Assembly (NCBI GenBank): GCA_943787795.1
Contig: CALSNU010000001.1
Span: 352,001 to 416,000, forward strand
Length of the DNA: 64,000 bases
Direction: 5' to 3'
Source of the DNA: an uncultured bacterium
Lineage (GTDB): Bacteria > Planctomycetota > UBA1135 > GCA-002686595
The notes under the pieces were generated by a model. That model had not been told where the DNA came from and made no database searches. It was given only the letters and a program-made list of their open reading frames with translations. This document shows, one piece after another, positions 20,881 through 29,727 of the stretch (positions are counted from its first letter, which is position 1; each line of letters begins with the position of its first letter). Both the position numbers and the translations under genes were made by a program.

Positions 20881-21957
20881 TCAGCGGTTGTTGACCCCAG
20901 GCGTGAAGAAGTAACCGATCTGGAGCGTGAAGACCTCTGACGCGAACTTCCGCGTCCAGGTCCCTGCGGTGTGGCCGAGCGAGATCACATCACCGGGCTT
21001 GATGGGGATCGTGATCGCGGTGCGAAGCGCTTCGCCCTTGATCTCGAACGTCGAGGCCAGGATCTCGCCAGTCTCATAATCCTTGCGGAAGATCGTCGCG
21101 TAGGGAGGGGCGGCTACGGGGTCAGGCCCGCCGGCCACCGCGATGGCTTCCAGGAGGTTCAGTTCCTGTTCGGGGGGTATTGGGAAGGCGCCCTGGCCTG
21201 CGACAAGGCCGAGCACGGTGAAGCTGAACGGCTCCCAGCGCTCCACCTCGATACGCTCGCCGCCTTCCAGGGGCATGTCATAGAAAGGGACGTTGAGGCC
21301 TCGGACGGGGAGGCCGACCACCTCCGGCCCGTCGCCTCGGCCTGGACGGTAGACGGTAATTCGCCGGGCGCCGCCGCCTTCGCCCACCAAGATGCCGCCT
21401 GCCGCAGAGAGCGCCGCGGAGAGCGTCAGCTCGTCGCTTCGCAGCCGATGGACGCCCGCGCTACCCACCGCCCCGTATATCGTGATCGAGCTCAGGGTCG
21501 CCTCCTGGACAGAGACCACGATGGACGGGCGTTCGCTCAGGAGCTCGGGGTAGACCTTGTCGGCGATCCGGGCCTCGACCTCCTGGACGGAGAGCCCGGC
21601 GACTTGGGTGGTCCCGGCGAGAGGGACCTCGATGGAGCCTTCCTTCGAGACGCGGGCGAAGTGCTCGAGGCTGGTCTGCGGCAGACCCTCCACGACAGAG
21701 GTGGCCATGGACGGCGGCACCCGGATTACCAGCAGGTCGCCGGGGACCACCGTGTAGACACCCGGGGGCTGAATGGAGTCAATGAGTCTCTGCTCGTCGA
21801 ATTCCGGCTGGATCGGGCCCGCCGCGTTGAACCGCGCGAGGCCCTCGGCGTCGGGGTGGTAGCGGGGTGCACTACACGACGCACCGGCGAGTGCCGTGAC
21901 GATGGCGAGGCATATCGGGATCGATCGACGGTTGCTGGAGCGGGGCAGGGTGCTCAT
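20881..21957 (-). CDS. wza: Polysaccharide export lipoprotein (Wza-like; Poly_export + SLBB domains)
   Basis: Lipobox-like AGASC; 'YTVVPGDLL...GSIEVPLAG..QVAGLS'; SLBB repeats 'AAGG', 'VAGG', 'IKPGDVI'. Confidence 0.85.
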   Translation of the reverse strand: MSTLPRSSNRRSIPICLAIVTALAGASCSAPRYHPDAEGLARFNAAGPIQPEFDEQRLIDSIQPPGVYTVVPGDLLVIRVPPSMATSVVEGLPQTSLEHFARVSKEGSIEVPLAGTTQVAGLSVQEVEARIADKVYPELLSERPSIVVSVQEATLSSITIYGAVGSAGVHRLRSDELTLSAALSAAGGILVGEGGGARRITVYRPGRGDGPEVVGLPVRGLNVPFYDMPLEGGERIEVERWEPFSFTVLGLVAGQGAFPIPPEQELNLLEAIAVAGGPDPVAAPPYATIFRKDYETGEILASTFEIKGEALRTAITIPIKPGDVISLGHTAGTWTRKFASEVFTLQIGYFFTPGVNNR

Positions 21958-22027
21958 GGGTTCACTCTATCGATTGAAGGCGCGGGCTACAGAGCTGTAA
22001 TTCAGGACGGGCGGGGCAGCTCTCCGC

Positions 22028-24526
22028 TCATCTCGCCCCGTCGGACTCGAGTTGCTCGAGGAGGCGGCTTGCGGCGGTCATCCCGGGGTGGAAGTTGAGG
22101 AGGTCCTTGAGCTCTCGCCGGGCGCCACGGGGGTCTCCCATCTGGACGAGGAGCCTCGCGTAGCTGAGCCGAGTCTTGGACGAGGGATCCAGGCCCAGGA
22201 CCCGGCGGAGCAGCGCGGCAGCCTCCTCGAGGTTGTCGCGAGACGCCTCGATAGCGGCGAGGCGCTGCAGGTCGCTGGCGGCAGCGCTCGGGCGGGCGCA
22301 GGCGGCGACGAGGAGCTCCTCGTAGGCTTCCTGCAGCCGCACTTTGAGCTCGCCGCGCGCCTCGTCGCCTTCGACCACGGCGAGCAGGCGGTCGGTGAGG
22401 ACCAGGTTGCCCTCGACGAATGGGAGGGCCAGCTCGGGCCGGTCCAGGCTGACGGCGAGCAGGTCCACGGCGGAGCTCGCGCCAGCTCCGATGCTCACGG
22501 CCCGTTCGATCTCGGCGACGCCCTCGGCTTCACGGTTCTTCCGCATGAGCTCGAAGGCCGACGCGAGGCACGTCTTGGGATGGTGGGGGGCCAGCTCGCG
22601 CCCACGGATGATCCACTCACCGGCCTCGTCGCTCTGATCGTCCAGCCAGACGCGGCGCAGCTGGCCTGCGACGGACCACGAGGGTCCATGGGTCGGAGCG
22701 ACGAGGAGAAGCTCCTTGAGCTCCTCGAGCATGATGCGTGCCTTTCCGGCCAGTGCCGGGTGGTCGAGGGGATTCACCGGCGGCCCCTCGGGGTCGAAGC
22801 TGCCGGCCTCAGCGACGGCTTGGTTCCAGCCCGCGAGGGCGGATTGGAACCGGTACTCAGCGTTGCCGGGCTCGCCCTCGACCGCGAGTGCGGCGTGTAG
22901 CACGAGGTCTGCGTGCTGCTCGGCGGTGCCAATCCCGCCGCTCTGTTCCATCTCATGCCGGAGCCGCTCCGTGTACGAGAAGTGGTCCCATGCGCTGGTC
23001 TCCCGGGCTGCTCCCGGGACACTCGCCGCGAGGCACACGAGGGCCACGGCGGCCGATCCCAGAGCGTAAAGTCGCCGCGGCAGGCTGGCCGAGGCGCTCT
23101 GCCCAGAGCAGGCCAGGGCAGCGCCAGCGAGCGTCGCGGCAGTGAGGCCGACCGCCGGGATCAAGAGGCCGAAGTCGGTCAACGAATGGAACCCCAACGC
23201 GGAGAGCCCGAACAAGACCCCGAAGACCCCCAGCGCGCTCCGGTTGGACCGGGCTCCCCGAAGGATCGCCAGGGTGAGCAGGCCGAGGAAGGCGAAGCCG
23301 AGCAGGGCACCGGTCAGACCCATCTCGGCGAAGAGTTCGGCGTAGATATTCTCGGCGTGCTCTGCGGTGCCTCGGCGGACGGCTGAATCGAACCCAGGGA
23401 AGGCCAGCGCGAAGGCCCCGAGCCCCGCCCCGGTTGCAGCGAAGGCTGCGCCCATGCTCGCAGAGTCGCGGATCAGCTCGAGTCGAGTGGTCATGTTGCT
23501 CCCCTCGTCAGCGTTCACGGCCTCGAACTTCTCGATGACCGGGTCGACCCCGAGGAACAGAAGCATGGCCGTGGCGGCGAGGCCGGCGGCGGCCATGGAC
23601 CAGCCCACGCCGTCGATCCTCCTGGAGTACTGCATGACCCCCGCTGTGACCGAGGCCGCGAAGACCATGGACATGAGGCCGTTGCGGGACGTCGACAGGA
23701 CGATGGCGACGGTGCCCAGCACGAGGAACAGTCGCAGGGTCTTCTCGCTCCTCGACGCGCGGCGCCCTGGGCCCCCGGTGAGGTCCCGGACGTCCACGGG
23801 GCGGCCCCGTGCGCGCCCGCCAGCTTCGATGAGCAGACACCCGAGGGCGCACCCCAATGCGAGGTTCAAGAACTCGGCGTAGTGGCTGTATGAGGCGAAG
23901 GGCGCGCTCAGGGTCGCGAAGCCTCCGCCGTCGAAGACTCCGTAGATGAGGGGCTCTCCCAGCGCGAAGTGCCCGAGGCCTACGAGGGTCACGACGGATC
24001 CGATCAAGGAGACACCCAGGATGAGCCTCCTGAAGGCCGCGGGATGGCGATAGATCGTCGAGGACACCAGCAGGAGCAGCGCGCCCATGATCAAGAGGTC
24101 CACGCGGATTCCCGTCCCGTTGGGGTAGACGCTCAGCGTCATGGAAGCCGGTTCGGTGCCCGCGGCCTTGTTGGCCTCCGCCCAGGCCTGGCCCGCCGCC
24201 GGGGAGACTTGTTGGACCAGTGCAGCAGGGAGCTCGATGATCTGGGCCAGGGCGAGGGCGACCAGCCCGAAGAAGGGCAGCAACGCCCGAGGCGTACAGA
24301 CCGCCTGGTCGGTCTCGGAGAGGCAGCGAACGGCGAAGCAGGCGCCGATCAGGGCTCCCATGCAGCCCATGACGACCCGGCTCATCGGCATGACACCGCC
24401 GAAGGCGAGCGGCAGGTAGAGGAGCAGGCCGAGGATCAGCGCCTCGATGACCTGGTCGATCCTCGGCGCCGGTGCGGGCTTGCTGCCACGGCGCTGGGCG
24501 GTTGCGTGGTCAGGACGCGGTGTCAT
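22028..24526 (-). CDS. O-antigen ligase / O-oligosaccharyltransferase-family membrane protein with C-terminal TPRs
   Basis: About 12 TM segments; LSTSRNG, GAGLGAF, EHAENIYAELFAEMG, HSLTDF; TPR-like C-terminus. Confidence 0.85.
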   Translation of the reverse strand: MTPRPDHATAQRRGSKPAPAPRIDQVIEALILGLLLYLPLAFGGVMPMSRVVMGCMGALIGACFAVRCLSETDQAVCTPRALLPFFGLVALALAQIIELPAALVQQVSPAAGQAWAEANKAAGTEPASMTLSVYPNGTGIRVDLLIMGALLLLVSSTIYRHPAAFRRLILGVSLIGSVVTLVGLGHFALGEPLIYGVFDGGGFATLSAPFASYSHYAEFLNLALGCALGCLLIEAGGRARGRPVDVRDLTGGPGRRASRSEKTLRLFLVLGTVAIVLSTSRNGLMSMVFAASVTAGVMQYSRRIDGVGWSMAAAGLAATAMLLFLGVDPVIEKFEAVNADEGSNMTTRLELIRDSASMGAAFAATGAGLGAFALAFPGFDSAVRRGTAEHAENIYAELFAEMGLTGALLGFAFLGLLTLAILRGARSNRSALGVFGVLFGLSALGFHSLTDFGLLIPAVGLTAATLAGAALACSGQSASASLPRRLYALGSAAVALVCLAASVPGAARETSAWDHFSYTERLRHEMEQSGGIGTAEQHADLVLHAALAVEGEPGNAEYRFQSALAGWNQAVAEAGSFDPEGPPVNPLDHPALAGKARIMLEELKELLLVAPTHGPSWSVAGQLRRVWLDDQSDEAGEWIIRGRELAPHHPKTCLASAFELMRKNREAEGVAEIERAVSIGAGASSAVDLLAVSLDRPELALPFVEGNLVLTDRLLAVVEGDEARGELKVRLQEAYEELLVAACARPSAAASDLQRLAAIEASRDNLEEAAALLRRVLGLDPSSKTRLSYARLLVQMGDPRGARRELKDLLNFHPGMTAASRLLEQLESDGAR

Positions 24527-24852
24527 GGGAGCAGTGGGGAGGCCGGGGTGCGGTGCAGATCACGGGCGCGACGGACTTGAGGCTGGTAGAGCGCAGGTCC
24601 AGCGCAGGGCGCGCGCCCTGCGGTTGGAGTCGATCGGGAGCACACCCCGTCGCCTGTCTATCGGCTCTCGAAGGTTCCGCGCGTGAATCCTATCCGCGTT
24701 CCAGAGGGGGACGATACGGCACCTGGCGCTTCAGCAGAGAGGGGTTCAACTCGCAAGGAAGTCCGATTAGGAAGGAGCGCGCCTCCGGCCATGCCGGGGG
24801 CGCGCTCCTTCCGGTCGCTCTGGCTCACGGGTGAGCCGAACCGGGACTCAAC

Positions 24853-26916
24853 TCACTGGAACGTCACCGACAGGGCGTCGGAGAAGTTGCTGGTACTGCC
24901 GACGTCCCGGAACCAGTACTGGAAGTTGTAGGAGTCACCGGGGAGCACGGCGATGAAGCCCGTCGGCTGCGGCCACATGTTGAGGTCCGTGGGGACAGAC
25001 ACCGTGGTGCCCGAGCCCGTGTTGACCACGTTGGCGATGAACCGGCCTACCGGGCCGCCGCCGATGCAGAGGTTTCCGACCGAGGCGCCCACGTTGGGGA
25101 CGAAGACCGACCCCTGTGAGACGAAGAAGTAACCGCTCGAGTTGTTGGGCAGGCACTCCGCGTTGAGCATGAAGGCGTTGTCCACGACCAGGTCGCTGCC
25201 GGTGCCGAACATGTGGGCGCCGAAGCCAGACGAGTTGAGCACGGCCGAGCAGAAGTTCGATCCGACCTCAGTCGATGCGCCGATGTCGTAGTCCAGCACG
25301 TAGTCGGCGCAGCTCTCGCCGGGCTGGAATGCGAAGGTGGCGACCTTGAGCACGTACGTCTGAGGCTGCCCCGACTTGTTCGTGTAGGTGATGGTCTCGA
25401 CCGCACCGACGGAGAACGAACCGGTGATGAAGCCGGCGTTGGAGTCACAGTTTGCGTCGTCCGTGAACAGGAGCAGGTCGAGGTCCGCCTGGGAGGGGTC
25501 GAGCAGCATCGAGACGTTGATGGTCTCGCCGGGGATCAGGCTGAGCCGGAAGTAGTCCGCCGGCACGAGGCAGTTGACGACCAGATTGATCGTCTGACCC
25601 GTGGATAGCGGGAACGCCGTGGCGCAGGAGACGTTGCCAGCCAGGGGGTCGTCCGGGCACGGCGCGGCAACGGACAACTCGAGGTCGTAGTCACTGCAGT
25701 CGCCAGCGCTTCCCGCGAAGACCGTGACCTCAAGCTTCACCGGGAGCGGGGCTGAGCCGCAGTTCGTGTAGGAGACGGTCTCGTTGTCGGTGACGGAGAA
25801 GCCGAAGTCGTAGGCACCCGTGCAGTCATCGTTGAAGAGGATGATGTCTACGTCGGCCTGGGCCTGGGAGAACAGCGCGTTCGCGGTGAGCGTCATCCCT
25901 GCGGGGATATCGAACGAGTAGTAGTCCGGGTCCGTCTTGGTGACCACGAGTCCAGAGTTGAAGCTCGGAACAGCAAGGGGCGCCGCGGAGTTGCAGTCGT
26001 CGTTGTCCTCGAACACATCGTCGAGGCGGGCCAGGCAGCCTGAGCAATCAAAGCCAAGGTCGGCGCCGAGGACGAGCCAGAAGGAACCGAACGCGGGGTT
26101 GTTCGTGGCCGGGTCATACCCGCCTTCGTTGAAGCACTCGGTGCTCCCGGTGCCCAGGGTGAGCTCGAACCACTGGTCCAGCGTGCCGAGTCCGGAGCCG
26201 ACGCTGCCGGGGTTCTGGAAGACCGTGCCGTCCCCAGTGGGCGCGAGAGGACCGGGACGCGCGCCGATCAGCGGGCCCATCATCGAGCCGGGGTCGGCGG
26301 ACATCAGCAGCCCGAATCCGAACCGATCCACGTCGCCGTCGTCGTACTTGCCGTCCCCGTCTGCAAGCATGCAGAACTCGAAGCCGGTCATGTCGATGTC
26401 GAAGGTGTACGGCGTGATCTGCCCGGGGGTGATCGTTCCAGGGAGTCCGGAGATCGTCAGGTCTAGCAGCGGAGCGGAGCTCCCGAGCGGGTTGGTGCAC
26501 GAGTCGTACTGGGCGAGGATCGTGAGCCTCGCGTTACCGTCACCGATCGAGTCGGTGGCGTAGCCCAGCTGGATGTCGTCGATGCGGTAGCTGTCGGCCG
26601 TTCCCGTGACGCTCACCGGGCTCGAGGAGACCGGGGACGTCGTACTCGGGATCCGGCCCTCGTCGACCACGAGGCTCGAGCCGTTGATGTCGAGGAACAC
26701 CGCACCGTAGTGGTTGTTCGTGTAGACGTCGCCACCGGCACCCATGGCCGACTGTTGAGTCGGATCCGCGGGGATGAACTGTCCCGAGGCCGCGTGGAAT
26801 GTTCCCGCGTGGATCGGAGCCCTGGCAGGAATCCGGTGGAGTTGGGCAGTGGATTGACCGGGCGCGCCCTGGGCGAGGGCGACCGCTCCGATCAGGAGGG
26901 ATGCAGTCTTGAGCAT
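24853..26916 (-). CDS. Large secreted protein with two PPC-like domains and shared C-terminal domain
   Basis: Signal peptide MLKTASLLIGAVALAQG; 'DD.FEDNDDC..A', 'DYY.F', 'D.D..LF' PPC-like repeats. Confidence 0.87.
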   Translation of the reverse strand: MLKTASLLIGAVALAQGAPGQSTAQLHRIPARAPIHAGTFHAASGQFIPADPTQQSAMGAGGDVYTNNHYGAVFLDINGSSLVVDEGRIPSTTSPVSSSPVSVTGTADSYRIDDIQLGYATDSIGDGNARLTILAQYDSCTNPLGSSAPLLDLTISGLPGTITPGQITPYTFDIDMTGFEFCMLADGDGKYDDGDVDRFGFGLLMSADPGSMMGPLIGARPGPLAPTGDGTVFQNPGSVGSGLGTLDQWFELTLGTGSTECFNEGGYDPATNNPAFGSFWLVLGADLGFDCSGCLARLDDVFEDNDDCNSAAPLAVPSFNSGLVVTKTDPDYYSFDIPAGMTLTANALFSQAQADVDIILFNDDCTGAYDFGFSVTDNETVSYTNCGSAPLPVKLEVTVFAGSAGDCSDYDLELSVAAPCPDDPLAGNVSCATAFPLSTGQTINLVVNCLVPADYFRLSLIPGETINVSMLLDPSQADLDLLLFTDDANCDSNAGFITGSFSVGAVETITYTNKSGQPQTYVLKVATFAFQPGESCADYVLDYDIGASTEVGSNFCSAVLNSSGFGAHMFGTGSDLVVDNAFMLNAECLPNNSSGYFFVSQGSVFVPNVGASVGNLCIGGGPVGRFIANVVNTGSGTTVSVPTDLNMWPQPTGFIAVLPGDSYNFQYWFRDVGSTSNFSDALSVTFQ

Positions 26917-27472
26917 TTTGCTCTCGGTGGCTGAGGAAATAAAAGGGCAGTGAGGGGCGAGCCGAGCGGGTAGAACCGCACAGGCCACTGCGGGACTTCC
27001 CTATCAGGAAATCACCGCCGCGGGCCGGCGCCACGACAACCGTCAGAGTGTACCTCAGGCGCGGGGTGCTGAAGGGATGGAGGGACCATTTAGAGGGTTG
27101 TCCAGGGTCGAGACACTCGGATCGGCGGCTGGGGGCTCCGAGGTCGAGGGCCCAGGACGTGTCCTGGACGGAGTTGGCGTCCGGCGGTCAGGCAGCGGCT
27201 TCGACGAGACCTGGGCGGCCGAACGCGTGGTCGCCGATTCCCCGCGGCCTTACCCAAGGCAGAGCCAGCGGCGGTGCTTCCAGCGGCGACATTGTCAGCC
27301 GCAGTGTTCTTAGCTGTAGAAGGCCCAGCTTTAGGCCTGCCAGCCGCAGTCTCCCCGACGGCCGTGTCCTCGGCGGCAGCCGCCCCTCTCAGCCGGGTGC
27401 CTTGATGACCCGACCGGGCGTTCCGCCCGTTCGAGGCTGGATCGCTGAATCGCTGGAGGCTGGCCAGGTGAG

Positions 27473-29116
27473 CTAGAGCGCGGGGCGCCGAGCGGTGACC
27501 GCGCGGATGGCGCGCTCCAGCTCGTCCTTCGAGAAGGGCTTGGAGAGGTAGAAGCTCATCCCAGCATCCAGGCAGACCTGCTCGTCCCCCTCGATCGCGT
27601 TCGCCGTGAGGGCCACGATCGGCAGTTGGCTCCCGGGCCCCGGGGTCGCCCGGATGCGGCGCGTCGCCTCGAGGCCGTCGAGGACAGGCATGTTGACGTC
27701 CATGAGGACGATGTCGGCCCCGCCTCGCTCCACGGCCTCGATGGCTTCCAGACCGTTGGAGACCATAGTGACCTCGTGGCCGAGCTTCTCGAGCAGGCCC
27801 TGCGCCACCCTCTGATTGACGATGTTGTCCTCCGCCACGAGCACTCTCATGGAGGGGCTGGCGACCATGGGCTGAGGGGCGTCCGGGGTGGGGGAGAGGG
27901 CCGCCTGGCTCGTCCGTTGGAGGCGGAGCGTGAACTCGAAGCTGGACCCCTCACCGGGCGTGCTGGAGGCCGAGATTTTGCCGCCCATGCCTTCCACGAG
28001 CAGCTTCGAGATCGTCAGCCCGAGCCCCGTGCCGCCATAGCGTCGGCTGACGCTCGAGTCGGCCTGCGTGAAGGCCTCGAAGAGGCGCTCGAGCTCGGAG
28101 GCCTCGATGCCGATCCCGTTGTCGATGACCCGGAAGGTGAGGACGGCGTGGTCCTCCTCATCGTCCCTGCAGCGGACCTGGATCCGGACGAGCCCGCCCG
28201 GGGTGAACTTCAGGGCGTTCCCAGCCAGGTTCGTGAGCACCTGCTGGATGCGGTGGTGATCCCCCAGCACGAGGTCCGGAAGCTCGTCGGGCAGCTCGGC
28301 CTCAAGGCGCGCGGAGGACTGCCTGGCGGCGGCACCGAGGGTGGCGATCACGCCCCGCACGGTCTGCTGGACGGAGAAGGGGACGCTCTCAAACTCCACG
28401 GCGCCGTTCTCGGCCTTGCTGAGGTCGAGGACGTCGTTGATGATCCTCACGAGCGTCTCCCCGGTGTTCTCGATCGTCGAGACGAAGTTCGACTGCTCCT
28501 CGTCGAGCTGGGTGTCCTTGAGCAGCGCCGCCAGCCCGAGGACCCCGTTCATCGGGGTGCGGAGTTCATGACTCATGACCGCGAGGAACATGGCCTTGTC
28601 CTCGGCGGACGACTCGGCGCGGGCGAGGGCCTGGTCGCGCTCGGTCTGGTCGAGGGCGAGGATCGTGAAGCTCGGGCCCGCCTTGGGGCGGTGCATCAAC
28701 AGCAGGAAGGAGCGTGCCTCCCCGCGGACTTGGACAGGTATCGAGCAGGGGTCGGAGCGGTACTGGGCGGACCCGGCGAAGTCGGAGACGGCTGCGGTCC
28801 AGTCGGGTCCCTCGCCCAGGGAACCAACAGGTTGATCGAGGACCTGGTCGACGCTCCTGCCCAGGCTGGAGACGAAGTACGAGTTGGCGTCGATATAGCT
28901 CCCTTGATCGTCCACCCGCGCCACGATCCAGGGGGCCGACTCCACGAGATCGACGTAGCGGCCCTGGTGCTCGGAAATGGTCCGGAAGAGCGACGCCTTG
29001 GCGGTGATCTCCTCCGCGAGCATCGACTCGAGAGCGCCGAGGCGGGTCTGGAGTGAGCTGATCTCCTGGAGGAGTTGCTCTCGCTCCTCAGCGGGAGATC
29101 TGGGGATCGGCTGCAT
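27473..29116 (-). CDS. Hybrid sensor histidine kinase (PAS-HisKA-HATPase-REC), cytoplasmic
   Basis: MSHELRTPMNG, NLAGNALKFT, DNGIG, GGTGLGL, VLMDVNMP, KPF. Confidence 0.93.
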   Translation of the reverse strand: MQPIPRSPAEEREQLLQEISSLQTRLGALESMLAEEITAKASLFRTISEHQGRYVDLVESAPWIVARVDDQGSYIDANSYFVSSLGRSVDQVLDQPVGSLGEGPDWTAAVSDFAGSAQYRSDPCSIPVQVRGEARSFLLLMHRPKAGPSFTILALDQTERDQALARAESSAEDKAMFLAVMSHELRTPMNGVLGLAALLKDTQLDEEQSNFVSTIENTGETLVRIINDVLDLSKAENGAVEFESVPFSVQQTVRGVIATLGAAARQSSARLEAELPDELPDLVLGDHHRIQQVLTNLAGNALKFTPGGLVRIQVRCRDDEEDHAVLTFRVIDNGIGIEASELERLFEAFTQADSSVSRRYGGTGLGLTISKLLVEGMGGKISASSTPGEGSSFEFTLRLQRTSQAALSPTPDAPQPMVASPSMRVLVAEDNIVNQRVAQGLLEKLGHEVTMVSNGLEAIEAVERGGADIVLMDVNMPVLDGLEATRRIRATPGPGSQLPIVALTANAIEGDEQVCLDAGMSFYLSKPFSKDELERAIRAVTARRPAL

Positions 29117-29708
29117 GGCCCAGCAGGGTTTCGGTGTCAACGACCTCGGCGTAGAGAGGGAAGATACTCTCGCAGTAGAAGTCCTGCTCGGTCTCGTTTC
29201 GGCCAGCGGAGGCGTCGCTCACGATGGTGACTGCGAATCCTCGCTCCGTGGCGGCGCGCGCCGTCGAGTCGATGCAGATGGGAGTCACGACACCCATGAT
29301 GATGACGTGCTCCACGCCTGCGCCGCGGAGATGTTCCTCCAGGTCTGTGCCCAGGAACGCGTTGAAGCTCGTCTTGCCGGTGAGGTGCTGGATCCGGTCA
29401 CCGTACTCGAGGAGCTCGGGGATCGTCCGCCCGCCTTTGGTGTCGCGGCGGAAGGCGCCGGCGTCCCGGATCGCCGCCAGGAGACCGGTCGGTTGCCCCA
29501 GCTCCTCATAGCCCGGGCTGAAGTGAATGGGGAGATTGATGATCGGGGTCTCTCCACCCATGACCGCGCTCAGCACGCGCTGCGTGTTGGCGAGCACGTT
29601 GTTCTGGCGGGCGTTCTCCTCGATGACGGCGTGCATGGCCCCGTCAGGAGAGAAGTAGTCGTTCTGGAAGCCAACCAGGAGGATGGCGGAGCGGCGAGCG
29701 TTGGACAT
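29088..29708 (-). CDS. Cysteine hydrolase / isochorismatase-family protein (first catalytic Asp replaced by Gly)
   Basis: LLVGFQNDYF, GKTSFNAF..TDL, GVVTPICIDSTAR.A.ERGF. Confidence 0.88.
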   Translation of the reverse strand: MSNARRSAILLVGFQNDYFSPDGAMHAVIEENARQNNVLANTQRVLSAVMGGETPIINLPIHFSPGYEELGQPTGLLAAIRDAGAFRRDTKGGRTIPELLEYGDRIQHLTGKTSFNAFLGTDLEEHLRGAGVEHVIIMGVVTPICIDSTARAATERGFAVTIVSDASAGRNETEQDFYCESIFPLYAEVVDTETLLGHAADPQISR

Positions 29709-29727
29709 ATCGGTGGGCCTAAGCGGG

